NCBI GenBank assembly: GCA_026026165.1
Contig: JAPEUD010000002.1
Span: 248,001 to 312,000 of the forward strand
Length of the DNA stretch: 64,000 nucleotides
Origin: Sarea resinae
Lineage: Eukaryota
Reading direction: 5' to 3'
Shown piece by piece: positions 21,539-35,130 of the stretch (the first letter of the stretch is position 1; each line of letters begins with the position of its first letter). The notes beneath the pieces were generated by a model. That model made no database searches and was not told where the DNA came from. It worked only from the letters and a program-made list of their open reading frames with translations. A program made the translations under genes and the position numbers.

Positions 21539-24500
21539 TTACTCCCAGGCCGTCTTCCGCAGTGGGCTGATGCCAGTCGCAGTACGCTGCATCCGGTTTG
21601 CGCATCCGAGGTGGATCACAGAATTGCTATACCTCTTGATCAGCATTGCTTCAACCACATTGGCAAGGGACAAGCTTACTCTGGTAACACTTCAATGACA
21701 CTCCCTCCCAATCGCTTGTGGCAAGCGCCACAGAGTCTCTCCTCGTCGATGATTACCTTGCGATTCCTGCCGCCATTGCCACCTAGCCGCCCATCTCCAA
21801 GTAAGAGAACCGCTTGTGCAGCCACAACTTGATTCTTCCAGAGGCCGGTGACCACGCGTCCTTCGTTGACGACAGAATTAGCAGCCCTCATTTGGCCGCG
21901 GAAGTAGTCCTCCAATTCCTTGACTGGAAGCGTGGATGGTATGATGTCAAGGGTCGACGAGGCTGGAAGACGAGAGCCATGCTTTGAGAGGAGGTCGAGC
22001 GCCGGCGGCCAGTTGGGTTTGTGTGGCTGAGGAGGGGTCAGGTATAGAGAGAGCAGAGTATGATAGATCGAGGGCTTGCGCTCTTCTGATCCGGCGATTG
22101 GGACATATTCCGCGCCCTTTGTTTCTGGGTTCTGCAAATTCTCGCTCATATGTACATAATTGCAGTATCTGTCCTCGAGCATTAGCAATAATATCCCATA
22201 AGCCAGGAACGAATCCATACTCCTCAGCTTTCGCGAAATCTTCTAATTTGAAGACATATATCTCGAGAGCCTGCTTGTGCTGGCCCATCTTGCTCAACAC
22301 AATAGCACGAGCTTCGTAGTAATCGGGGTCTATCATGCATCAGTAAGAAGACCACGGGCTCTCGGAAGCATTGGCCACTTACCATCCCTGGGCAGCTGTG
22401 AAAGCACTCTGACTTTAGAGTAATTGTCACTGGCTCGAAGGAAAGACAATGTTCTTTCTCTCCAATCAGACCTTGATGCATCATCCTCGAAATTACTTTG
22501 CCCATCTTCACTCCATTTTAGCCTCTCTAGGTATAGATTGACAAGTCGCTGATGGTATTCGGGAGTAAGGTCATTAAGCTCGTATATGATATGCTCGAGA
22601 TACCTGACCGCAAGCTTCGAATCCAGGTCTTGGAGAAAATCAATGACTCTATCCCGGGGTAGGCTTTCGGCATTCTCGGTATCGGCCAAGAATATTTCCA
22701 TTCCAAGATCTGGGTCGTCCTTGAGTGGCCATTCGGCTGAGCTCAAGATGAGGTCGATGAGTTCCGGTGGCAAATTTTGCAGATAGCCGACAGTTCTCCT
22801 GGGACCGTGCAGACCAGGAGCTGCTTCATCCTCTCCTTCCGCCTGTCCAAATTTCTTCAGCAGCTCTAACGCTTGCTGGTGCAGCTTTTTGCCATGGAAA
22901 AAGTCCACGAGATCATTGAAGCGTCCATTTTCAAGGAGTTTCTCATTCACCACGTCAGGGTCACAAAAGTTCGGGATGCGGAAGAGTGAGCCGGCCAAGG
23001 AAGGCCTAGCAAGCATATACGATCGAAACAGGGTTGTGTCGACGAGCTTGGCCGTCTCTCTGAGCTTTTGCTCCCGGTCTTCATCCCCAGCTGCAGGAGC
23101 TGGAGCAACGAGAAGGGATTCAAAGGCGGCTTTGGACTGACCGTTTTGACTTTCCTGAGCAGCTCGGGCAGGAGCCTTGAGAGTGCCATCTGGGTTCAGA
23201 TAACGTTGGAGCTGGACGCGGGTCTGCGCTAGGAATGAGCACAGCTCTGTCACCGCATCCTTGAGCTCTTTTCCTTCTAATCTCGAATCAGCATTTGTAT
23301 CACATCGATATTAATCTGTTCTCTTACCCAGAGGTCTGTCAATTGGCAATGTTTCTGTGTGCTTCCCCTTGACGCTAAGTGCGTCGTTATCTTCATTAAG
23401 AAGCCCCCTCTTCGACGACCTGATAGAGCTGGTATCTGAGTCTGCTGACTTGGTCGCTGCTTTGAATCTTGCGGCGAGAGTTCGTTGTTCGTCAATGGAC
23501 GGCCGCGACTCTTCGACCTTGTCGACACTGTCGCCGTTGGTATGGCCATCCGTGTTATCTGGATCCGAGGCGATGTCGTCTTCCCTGTTATCTTCTGAGA
23601 CTGCGAGGTCCCCAGCGATGACATTGGGATAGAGTGCAATCACCCTTTCTGGGGGAGCCGAGACCTCCGTGAACAAGTCAAGAGCATCTCGAAATCTTCT
23701 CCGATCGAAAAGATTCTGGGCCTTCAGCATCTTAATCTCACGAAGCCGGCCATCTTTATCCTTGAGAAGCACTTCCTCGAGCATGTTGAGAAGACTAATG
23801 GCTTCATCTAGCTGTCCCTTTGCGACAAGTTCATCGATTTGAGAATCGTAATCCAATGCGCACATCCGCCAAATGCATCGATCGCTTGCCACCAGAAACC
23901 CCTTCCCGGCATGTGCTAGGCTGACATTAGGCTGTGGGACATGTAGGTGGGTCGCGTTCGTTACGGATACCGACTGCAACAGCGATAACGTTTCGGGGTT
24001 GCGAATCTCTAACGTTCCTTTGGAATTTGAGTGGAGAGCCAGCATATAGGGGTAAGAATATCCTATAGCTTCTGGTGCGGTCGACCAGGGAATCTGTCGT
24101 CTTTCCAGTGGATTTCCTTCCGAGTCAATGAAGAGCGTGTTGATATCCTTCGCAAGCAGCAAATCGGTCTTGGTCAATCGCGTAGCCAGCGGTTTCGGTG
24201 CCCAACTTCCTATTCCCATGTAGGACATTCCTGCAACGCCCGCCCCACCAAAACGTACACCTGCTTGGCCAGGGGCTCCGCCGACCGTCCCAGGCGCCAA
24301 AATGTCCACAATCTCTTGAGTTTCTGTATCAACCATAACGAACCCAGAATCCATTCCCGCCACCAATTTTGTAGCAGTCGCCCACGTGAGTGACCTAGCG
24401 GATGCAGGCAGCGTCATTTCGACCGTCTGGGTAGCGAGCTCGCTGTCCTGCCACGACCATAGAAGTATTTTCCGCTTTGCCGCCACTGCAAGTCGGGAGA

Positions 24501-24997
24501 CGATGGATGGTATCTCTGTTACTGGATCCTTGATGATGTCGGAGGTTACGGCGAAGGTACTGACACCTTTGGTTTTCGTTAACTGTTCCTGAAGCGCATA
24601 CGTTTGGAGGTCGTAGATCGAGACATGATTGTCCGTCAAGGCAATCAATATATTGGCTTCCTTGATGATCGCTAACTGCTGTATCGGCCTGCGAGAGAAC
24701 TTATCCTCTTCGCGGAGCAAATCGACCGGCCGGGGTTGAGATTGTGACTCTGCCCGTTCGTCTGAAGTTGAAACGCCATCTTGTCCCTTTGGCTCATCGA
24801 TAGGTTCGTTGACAAGATATATCCTCAGACAGCCAGTGTTAAGGCCAACTAATAGTCGATTACCTATCTTCACGTCAGACACAGCGGTTGCAGCGGTTGG
24901 GAGACTCGAGCGCACCATATGCCAGAAGGGATTCGATCTTCGACCTGTCGCGCTGCTTCAACTCGACTAGAGGTCGAGCTGTGAAGGCCGACAGCAT
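21539..24997 (-). CDS. VPS39: HOPS subunit Vps39/Vam6 (AvaB); multi-exon
   Basis: Start MLSAFTARPLVELK, then a CNH domain. Vps39 motifs VDTTLFRSYM, SLFRIPNFCDP and ARAIVLSKMGQHKQAL. C-terminal zinc finger CGACHKRLG..VIHLGC. Confidence 0.95.
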
Positions 24998-25568
24998 CGC
25001 CAACCGAGGCTGGGGAGGTAGTGCCTCCAGGCGAGACCTTGACGTCGGAGCTCAAGAGATCATATAGCGGCTTCAGTCACAAGGGCAGACGACTGCTCGA
25101 GAGCATTGCTTGAGGATGAGAGCTCTCCTCCGCAAAGACCCTGATGATGGTGTTGCGGCCGGCGGGCATGATTCGCGAAGCTCGTGCATCCCCATCCAAT
25201 ACCCAAGGTAGCCGCTACATCCAATACTCGAGTATAGGTACTCGGAGTACCTACGCTACGACGTCAGGGATCAATTCATCTTGTCGGCAGCGCACGAAGC
25301 GAGACGAGATGGCTCCCGGCTGGCATCCCGTCATCATGCATGAAACCGACTGTCCCCAATGCAGACGGGAATAATATCACGATCCTCTGCGGGATTCTAA
25401 TATCTTCTCATTCCCACGTCTGTTGCTCGTGAAGAAGCCATTTGAAGGTCCCTCCGAGAAATCATCGGATGCTCGTAACATTGTCATATTCTATTGGCGC
25501 CTATCCGTATCGCCCGCTCTGAGATGAGGACGGACTAGGTAACTCTGCACAAACGTCGTGATGGTCTT

Positions 25569-27170
25569 TTAACCTGACCAAGTCATATATATCCTTCCGC
25601 CAAGTTGTACTCGTGTCTGTTTCAATCTCTCCCTTTGGCCTCTCATCCATTGGTTCAGCTCATCCCAACGGCATTTCAGCCAACCCCTGATCTCTTTGTA
25701 CCCCCGGCGGACTCCTACAGAAGTGACAAACATGGCCCAAAAGGTGGTCAATGTAAGCAGCAAAAAGTTCAGCGTCTCTAAAAGTAACTCTCTCACCACC
25801 TTATTAAAGGCTAGAAGGAAGCACAGAGAGAAGATTCCTGCAGCAACAGTCCCTGTGTAGAGAGCAACCTGCAGAGACGAAATACCGCTCGACGCCCCGG
25901 TCAGTTCGCGTGCATTGACACCGAAGCGGGACGTCAGGAAGTAGAGCGGAAGCTGCAAACCACGATGATCAGGAGACTGAAAGCTAGGTCGGAATAGTAT
26001 ATCATTCTTACAAAGATGATTGTTATGATGGTGAAAATGAGGATGGTGCGCTCTTGTCGCTGCGCCGCGAGAGCTTGCTCATTGGCGGATCTGGCCTCGG
26101 AAACATTCGCTTCCTTCTGCTTCAGATCGAGCAAGCCGGAGATCTGCCGTAAGTCAGTAAACGTGAGTCCACTATGAATGGGTACAAACGGAATGATGTG
26201 TCTCTCCGGCAAGCTCCCTGAGTTTGCTTATCCACTGGTGATATATGTTAAATTCAGCATGGAATTTACCAAAGCTCTCAGCGCTTTTATCACCACCGGT
26301 GTGTGCTAGGTCGTGGCCTCGGAAGAGTCCTTGGACGTTTACGATAACCTCTCTCCGAACCTTGAAGAGCCTCTCAATACTATCAAGCTCATTGAGGGTA
26401 TCTCGTATGTTGACAAATACGTCCAATTCCTTCCGTATACTCAAAGGAGAGCCAATCCTTTCGCGGATGTTGGCGAGCCTTTGCTCTTCGGTGATCTTGC
26501 CATCTGCCACTTCTTGCATGCTTAGAAACTCGCGAAAATCCTCGAGATATTTAGTCGAATTCAAGCGAAGCAAGAATGCTGCCGCGCGTCGAAGTGCGAC
26601 CGAACGACATGATCATACAATTCTAGATGGTCGAAGAGTGTGGCCCTGTGACTTGGGAAAGTCAAAACTATAAGAATAGCGATCATGAACAGGAACTCAA
26701 TTGCGAAGATTTTAGATTAGACAGCGGCAAGATTGAAAAGCAGATGAAGGGGAGACGACCCCTTCATGCACAGGGGCTGGGGCTCTTCCCCCCTCTCGGC
26801 ATTCGCGAGGCGGAAGCATCTGACGGATAGAAAAGAGGACCAATGATGGGGAAGACATGGGTATTTTCGTACGGGATACGAATGTTCTGCTCTTTGGATA
26901 ACCGGGACAGTTCCTAGAGGAACAACTGCGGAGGAAATCCAAGGTGTGAAGGGCATGCAGAGGGATCGATATATGAGATACAGCCCCTCAGCCTTCCTGC
27001 GCGGGGACGGATCAGGCTGGAACGACGAACGAGTATATTCGTACATGATACGAAGAAGATGCTTATGACGGTTTGCGCAGGGATCGATTGCCATGATTTC
27101 GCCTCGCAAGGGAATGCAGATGCAAGTCGAGGCGAACAGGTACCAGAACAACCATGGAGCGGATGGCAAG
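25569..27170 (-). pseudogene. Degenerate fungal CorA-like Mg-transporter-domain gene (probable pseudogene)
   Basis: C-terminal fragments IRDTLNELDSI, LLDLKQKEANVSEAR, TILIFTIITIIF and LPLYFLTSRFGVN match the fungal CorA-like family. Upstream pieces (SLCMPFTPW, TLFDHLELYD) cannot be joined without frameshifts or stops. Confidence 0.55.
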
Positions 27171-27852
27171 GGTTTTCAGTCATTGATGTGTGATCCATGG
27201 AGTCGGCGAGTGGTGAGAGACAGCCCTGGAGATCTCGAGAGTCCCTCTTCACGGTCGCAGACGGGATATGAGTGAGGTAGAGGGTCAGAGAAAGTCATCA
27301 TCGTGTTACAATGCTGTAGCTGTATCTGTCTGTCTGTCAGTTGGCCGTCTGTCTGCAACGGTAGAGAGAGAGGCGGAGAGGAGTTCTGTTCTGTTCTGTT
27401 GATGCTGATTGCTGATCAGGAGCCCTTGAGGAAGCACGCGGTTTGCCATGGGTGGTGACCTTGTCCACGGAACCTCATCCGTAGTGCAACGATGAGTACA
27501 GACTTGCGGTACTCGATACCCTTCATTTGCCCCATCTCGGCCGACCCCAACCAAGGCTGACCTCCAGCTACCTATCTTATCGAATCACAGGTGGACGTGC
27601 TTGAGCATGGCCTCGACGGTACGCTCACACGCTCACATACCCACACCAACACCAACACCCTCGCGGCCCTCCTCTCTCCATCACATCTCGTTCACTTGCA
27701 CAAGCACCACGACCATCTGCACACATGCGCGGTACAGTAGAATAGAGTAGTTGACCCGGAGTGATGCCCGTGTCCTTTGGTCCTCGCTCCCTATCTGTAC
27801 TCGAGACGAGTAGCTGGAGCTTGCTTTGCTTTGCTTTGCCCTTTGGTCGCAT

Positions 27853-30800
27853 ATGCCCGTAGAGGGGGAGCTAGTCTTTCGGGATCTTCACGAGCACCAC
27901 GACCACGACCATCGTCGTCATCATCATCATCATCTGACCACGAAAACCGAACACTCTTCCAATATCTCGGGTCCTCATCCATCTTCAAACCTCGCCCGTA
28001 CCTCCCTTGGTGCGTCCGCCTCCCCCGAGGCTTTCGAACTCGACGATCTTTCTGGCCGTGGTGAACGCTATAGAGCCGAGAGGCTCCAGTCTCAGAGGCA
28101 TCGGAAGTGGCAGGACAAGTTTCATGCCCTCAGGGCTGCCGATGAGATGAAGTTCTCCCACAGTATCCAGTTCAATGCGGTGCCGGACTGGAGCAATCAC
28201 TACATTGCCTATAGCAATCTTAAAAAGCTGTCAGTATCATCTTGGGAGCATCTGTCGTGCCATGCGCGTATTGCCAGGATCCCCGTTGGCTGACCCGGAT
28301 GGTGAACCACAGTATATATAACCTTGAGAGGTCGATCAACCAGTCCAACGCGCCTCCAAGCAACGATGTCGAAGCCTCGCCTCTACTGGAAGGCGCCGCC
28401 CAGGACCCGGACAAAGTATTCAGGCGGGCACTCGACGCCGAGCTGGAAAAAGTAGCATCATTCTATGAGCTCAAGGAACTGGAGATATATGGCGAAGTGA
28501 GTAGTCTGTTGAAGGATCTGGAGTCATACGAAGCCGATACGGAAGGCCTGGAACATGAGCAAATCGAGGGACCGCCCGGCACAAGGGGGATGAGCCGAAA
28601 CGGACGAGCTCGTCAGGGTAGCATTTTCAGTGCGTTGGGCCTCGGGAAGGCGAGGAGGCCCAGCACGCTGAGTGCATCTATACACGAGGAAGACCCCGAC
28701 AGTGACGAAGATGCGGATGAAACGTCGCGGTTGAATAAAAATCCACCGTCGCCGACGGAACATCGGAGGACCTTGGATGGATTTGGTGAACAGAGTGTAG
28801 ATGACCTGAGAGCCTCGCGGGACATGGCGAGTTCAAGGCGAAGGATGAGCATGTCACACGAAGACTACAGCGATCAGGCTTTCTCGGCTCTATACGCTTC
28901 CGGGATTACGCTGAAGAAGCGTATCATCAGCCAATATGTCTCACTGTGTGAGCTGAAATCGTTCATACAATTGAACAAGACTGGATTTTCCAAGGCGTTG
29001 AAGAAGTTTGACAAGACGCTCGACCGGGATCTCAAGTCTGACTACATGGCGAAAACCGTTTCACCTGCCTATCCATTCCGGACCGAGACCACCGATCATC
29101 TGAACGAGAACATAGCAAGAATGGAGAGGGCGTATGCTGAAGTGGTCACGAAGGGAAACATATCCGAGGCTAAGCGGACCTTGAGACTCTATCTTCGTGA
29201 GCATGTTGTATGGGAGCGGAATACCGTGTGGCGGGAGATGATCGGTATTGAGCGAAAAGCTCAGGCCGCCAACATGGGACTCGGGAAAACCCTCCTAGGC
29301 GGGGACCAGGATCCTTCCAAGGCGCGACTTCAAGGCGACGAACTTGATGATGATGCAGCGAAGGAATTTCGAACACCGGTGGGGCGAATACGATGTCCTA
29401 AGTGGCTCTTCAGCTCTACACTATTCACTCTTGTGACGATTATAGCGATATTCGTCGTTCTGCTAGCAGTCCCGATCATGAAGAAGCCAGAGCAGCAGAA
29501 TTGCCTTGCCATGCTAGTATTCGTGAGCTTGCTATGGGCCACAGAGGTAGCTTCCACCCGCCTACTCGTGCAGAAAAGTGCTCACTTTCATAGGTTATAC
29601 CCCTATTTGTGACATCTCTCCTCATACCTTTCCTTGTGGTGACTCTCCGTGTCGTGCGTTCGGACGAAAAGCCGCATCTTCGACTGGATTCCAAGGCGGC
29701 AGCAGGCTATATCTTCTCGGCCATGTGGACGCCTGTCATTATGTTGCTACTGGGAGGATTTGCCATTGCTGCAGCCCTGTCAAAGTACCACATTGCGAAG
29801 ATGCTAGCTACGTTTGTTTTGAGCAAGGCTGGCACGAGACCAAGGACGGTGCTCGTCACAAACATGTTCGTAGCCATGGTGGCAAGTATGTGGATCAGTA
29901 ATGTGGCTGCACCGGTATTGTGTTTCTCGATCATTCAGGTATGACAATCTCTTTCTTCTTACCAAGTGAGTCTAACAAAGCCTAAGCCCATGCTCCGAAA
30001 TCTCCCAACGGACTCCAACTTTTCCAAGGCTTTGATTCTTGGTATCGCTTTAGCGTCCAATATTGGCGGTGCTGCGTCACCCATCGCGTCTCCTCAGAAT
30101 ATCATCGCATTGCAGAATATGGAGCGTCAGCCTAGCTGGGGTGTATGGTTCTTCATCGCCCTCCCGGTCTGCATCATTACGATTCTTCTCATCTGGCTCC
30201 TGCTTCTGGCAACTTTCCAACCTGGAAAGGGAACCGTCATTGTGCCCATCAGACCGATGAAGGATAAGTTCACTGGAGTGCAATGGTTCATCAGTGGAGT
30301 TACCCTGGGTACCATTGTCCTCTGGTGTGTGACGCACCAGCTTGAAGGTGTCTTTGGCGACATGGGTGTGGTGGCCATTATCCCCCTCGTACTCTTCTTC
30401 GGCACCGGCGTCCTCACCAAAGAAGATTTCAACAACTTCCTCTGGACTATCATCATCCTCGCTGCTGGTGGCCTCTCCCTTGGTAAAGCCGTGAATAGCT
30501 CCGGCCTCCTTCACACTATCGCCGGAGCCATCACCGAGCGCGTCGAGGGTATGAGTCTGTATGGAGTACTGGTCGTCTTTGCTGCCTTGATCCTCGTCAT
30601 CGCAACTTTCATCAGCCACACCGTCGCTGCCCTCATTATCCTTCCTCTCGTCCATCAAGTTGGAGCCAGCATGGAGGAACCTCATCCAAATCTACTGGTC
30701 ATGGGCAGTGCTCTCATGTGCTCAGCAGCCATGGCACTTCCCACCAGTGGCTTTCCCAACATGAGTATGCAGAATCTCCCCCCTTCAATCCTTCATCTTC

Positions 30801-31035
30801 CACACTTCTATCTCTTGTATTCCGTATTCCCCGGCTGTCTCGTTTCTCCTGCTGGAACATGTGCTAACATTCGCTCTCTTCTGCCACAGCCGCTATCATG
30901 ATGGAGGACTCCCGCACCGGCCAACGCTACCTCCGCGTCAGCCACTTCATCTCGCGCGGCATCCCGAGCAGTCTCATCGCTCTGGCCGTCGTCATCTCCG
31001 TCGGCTATGGGCTGATGCTCGTCGTGGGGTTTTAG
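27853..31035 (+). CDS. PHO91: SPX-domain low-affinity phosphate transporter (Pho87/90/91 family, DASS/CitMHS); multi-exon
   Basis: SPX start MKFSHSIQFNAVPDWSNHYIAYSNLKK at 28147 (in-frame upstream ATG at 27853). Also LKSFIQLNKTGFSKALKKFDK, SMWISNVAAP, ASPIASPQN and ALPTSGFPN. Paralog assignment is uncertain. Confidence 0.92.
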
Positions 31036-31489
31036 GCATATACTAGCACCGTCTCGTCACGCATCACTCACGCATCCACCACCTATTATTCCCTCTCTCG
31101 ATACCTTTTACTTTATCTAATCTATCCGCCAATCTATCCCGTTTTACTCTTTCTCTCGCATTCGTCTCGGTGCTGAAGTGCTTACCTGGCTGCGTCTCTC
31201 GTATCTCTTGCTTTTCTGTCGTGGTCTTTGATATCCGTTTCTCATAAATTGGTGGGCAAAGCAAACAGGCAGGCAAGCAGGCAAGCCGATAGCATCATAC
31301 GCCTCGGCCTCCCAATATCTGCAGTCTTCGCCCTGCCCTTCTCTTCCCTTCCCGTCCCCTAGTTCTCGGGCCTCCATTTCAATCTTGAATTACTCCTCCC
31401 ATCATCTCTTTCGCCAAGCCAAGATTTCTGGGATAACGGCGCGGCGAGGCGGAGCCAGGCGATCTATCCACTGCATCTATCCACCCAGA

Positions 31490-32055
31490 AGCCCGTCCCG
31501 TGTTCTCATACCGTCTTGTCTTGTCTAGTCTTGTCATGTCTTATCCTATCTTATCGTGTCTCATCCTGTCTTCGATATCTATCTAGGCTGAACAGGGGTT
31601 CAGGGATAAGAGAATAGACATACGTTACGTCACGTTACGTCACAATACGTTCCGTTACGTTACGTTACGGAAAGGAAAGGAAAGGATCAAGGTGCAGACG
31701 AACATGGAGATCAAGAAGAAGAAAAGAAAGGAAAAGAGGGAAAAGAGGGAAAAGGAGAAGGAGACGGAGAAGGGTTTTTGGGATCCGTGTGGAGTATGGG
31801 ATATGCGTACATGATGTGGTATATATATATATCTATATAGTAGAGCCAATTATAATGCATTTGGATATGAGCGTGCGTATACGTGTGTGGTGTGCGTGTA
31901 TGTGTGTGTTTGAATGTGAAATTGAATGTGTGAGGATATATGGAGTAATAACGTATATTTATCCTCCAACCCTTTCCAATGTGTCTCCTCCCTCCCACAA
32001 ACACACAGACTATCCATCCATCCATCCATCCATCCATCCATCCACCTATCTTTCT
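31490..32055. repeat. Microsatellite-rich convergent intergenic region (GTCTT, TACGT, GAAAG, TG, ATCC arrays)
   Basis: Seen directly between the PHO91-like and DPH1 3' ends. Confidence 0.8.
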
Positions 32056-32262
32056 ATCTGAACAACTTTTTGGGAGATTTGATAGAGACCACCATACGCC
32101 AAGGAGATGAACTATGAGAAGAAGAAACGAGAGGAGAAAAACGCCATATGGGCACCCCTCTAACAGGAACTGTTGAGGGGTAACTGACCGTAAAAACCAA
32201 AGGACAAGAAAAAGCGACCTGGCTGTAGAGGTCTATTTGTAAAAACAAAGAAAAGAGGGAAG

Positions 32263-33805
32263 TCAAGCATTTACGCCTACCACGCCTGGAGAGCCGGTAG
32301 CAGGACCGGTACCTGTGACACGGCCGGCGCCAGTGCGAGCCCCAGCCTTAGCCTTGAGTAGATCAGCCTCCCTGACCCGGGCCAGGCCCTCTCGGGCGTA
32401 GAAATCCATGGGATAAACACCGCCCCCGCCGCCCTCGCCGACGGGCCGATTCCAATCGTTCTTCTCGCCCAAGGCAACGAGGGCCTCGTAGGGGGTCAGC
32501 AAGGGGCGGGGAAAGGCATAGCCCCAATCGATGCTGAGGCGCGGACACGCGACCTGGACCCAGCAGTCGACGTCGGCGGCCATGGCGGCCAGCTTGCCCG
32601 GGAAGATCTCGCTCAGCAGCAAGTTGATGTAGGGGATGCGGCGCGCGCGCAGCTGCTGCTCGATCAGCGTCATCGTGTGCGGGTTGCCCTGGCGGCCGAG
32701 CGAGCCGAGGATGAGCCCCCATTTCTTGGCCGTGCGCGCCGTCTGGATCGCCGCGTGTCGGAGCGAGTGCATCTCGGCGTGCGCGTAGACTTCGTGCGTC
32801 AGGCGCCGCGAGTACGGGTCGTAGCGGTAGGCCGGCAGCGTCGGGTTGTGGATCATGGCGCTCTCGAGATGGAAGCGGCCGTCGCCGAGGTAGAGGATGC
32901 AATCTGCGATGGGGGCGGCGAGGGTGGTCGCGGTCGTGGTGGTTACATCGGTTTTGGTCGGCAGGCGCGGCGAGGTGCAGCCGAGGATCTCGCCTTTGCT
33001 GAGAGGCGCGATTTGCGGGATGAGGATGTTGAAGCCGAGGCGCTCGAGCGCGGGCTTGATGCCGTGAAGCGTGGCGTTGAATTGGATGGTGCCGACCATG
33101 GCGATGGTTTTGCCGGCTGGGAAGTTACGCTCTAGTGTTGCCAGGAGGTGTGATGTGTCGATGGTGATGTCGACGAAGACGTAGAGCGTCTTGATGGTCG
33201 TGACGTCGACTGGGATGAGGCAGCTGTGGGCGTAGTGCACCAGGAGATCGCAGCCTAGGGCTCTGGCGGTGTAGTCGTCGATACAGCAGGCGCCGTAGGT
33301 GACGTCTCCCATGATGAGAGTTTCCGTGCCCGGGCAGAAGCGCGTGAGAATGTCTGAGATGGTGGTGGCGAAGAGGAGAAGGCCTTCGGGAAACTGTAGA
33401 GCGATCTTTTGGGCGCCCGAGGTGCGGATTCGGTGGATCGTCTTGGGAATTTCGAAGGAGTAGTTTGGAGGTAGGAGGGCGATGGCGGCGTTGATGTCTG
33501 GGTCGTCGAGGATCGAGGAGGGTACTTGATTTAGGCTTCTTGCTGTTCGTCGCGGTTGCGCGACTGACAGAAGATATAAGTCAGGGGTGTGCGCGAAAAT
33601 CTTTGGATGGTAATAGCACACCTTGTATTGCGCCACTATCTTCGATGGCTCCATTGGCGTTGACATTTTCCTCCGCCCTCTTCGCCGCTGCTCTTCTACC
33701 TATGAATCTTTTCTTCGGTTGTCGAGACGCGATTTCGCCCTCCGCTTGCAGTTCTTCAGCTTCTACAGCCGTACCCAGGTCGACCTGGGCGCGATCTTCC
33801 TCCAT
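32263..33805 (-). CDS. DPH1: Diphthamide biosynthesis protein Dph1; 2 exons
   Basis: Motifs [54 protein letters not shown] and [12 protein letters not shown]. First exon [11 protein letters not shown]...PKKRFIGRR. Confidence 0.97.
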
Positions 33806-34014
33806 GCTTGCTTGTGGGTGAGAAGGATAGGTCGTGTAATGGTGGTGTATTGATGGCGGGGCAGAAAAAGATGTCAGTGTTTGGTCGATAAGCGGGATTA
33901 TCGCCGCTAATAGCCGAAGCGGATCTCCCCAGACACCTAGACTCGGTCATCCGCTGACAGAAATCGTGGCGCAGGTTAAATCAAGCAAAGGGCAGACTGC
34001 CAGTTACAAATCCA

Positions 34015-35130
34015 TCAGCCCGTCTGTAAGCCTCCACGAGCAATGCATTCAGTCATTCGCTCGGGCATGCGCGAGATCCACGCATTTATCTCATCTCTCG
34101 TAATTAGATCCCACTCCTCGAGGAGCACTTGTTTCATTGACTCCTTTGTAGTACACTTATGCTTGTCGGCTCGCTGCCTGAGGGTCCTCCATACCTCCTC
34201 CATGGGCGAAAAGTCCGGTGATTGAGGCGGGTTGGTATAGTGTCGGATACCAATCGCGTCTTCATAGCGTTCCACCAAGCTCTCGACACCAGTAGTTCCA
34301 TATGAGACGCCATCACCCTCTTGCAGAATAAAATTCTTCCCAGCTGCGGTCCAAGCCCTGAATCGTGGGTCGATATGATATCGGAAGATGTGCTCGAGGA
34401 AAAACCCTGGATTCATGCTGCGGAATGTGTCTTCCTCATAGAATATCAAAGGTCCCTTGTAATTCCACCCAACGAGGCCCCAGCAATGGAAAACATTCTT
34501 GTTCCACCACTTCGTCTTCTGTTGCATACAAATAAAACAGACTCTCTCATCGTGGCTACATGTCTTCCATTCGGCATTGTGCTCTGCCAGACCAAAATGG
34601 GTTTGGTCCGTAAAGTAAACATCCTTCCACCAGGACAAGTCTTTACTTTGCATCTCCTCAGCAAATCCAAGCCGTCTTTGCATATCCCGAGGCCTCAGAT
34701 AGGCATGCTGACAATCCTTGCACTTGAAAAAGCCTGCGTCGTGTACTGCTCGCCTGATCGTAGCTCCGGATACCTGGAGTCCAAGCTCTTTGCTCACAGT
34801 ATCCCAATCCGCAACCCGCTGATCTTCAATGCTCCCGAGGTATTGGAGTATTCGGAGCACATCATCCTTCGGCAGCTTCTTGGGCCGTCCATTACGTCCA
34901 GGTCCTGTGGGGACCTTTGGAGGCTCAAGCATCCGGTAGCCCGTCCGCTTCGATACGCTGCAGCGACGGAAGATCTCATTGTTGCTGAGCGTCGTCCGCT
35001 GCCGCAGCAATCGAACCTGCTCACGGCGAGCTTTCAGTCGCTTGGCCTTGCCTTCCTCTGTCTCTGGCGCGGACGGAGAAAGGGGCGCTGCGGCTTCGTC
35101 CAGTGCTTGTTCCATGGTGGACTTGATCAT
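34015..35130 (-). mobile_element. Tc1/mariner-like (DDE_3) transposase ORF, intact, with no visible TIRs
   Basis: HTH region VSKRTGYR...GRPKKL and second HTH VSGATIRR. Further motifs RRLGFAE..W..VYFTDQTHF, FHCWGLVGWNYKGPLIFY, PPQSPDFSPMEEVW and WISRMPERM. The ORF is open upstream to 35220. Confidence 0.85.
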
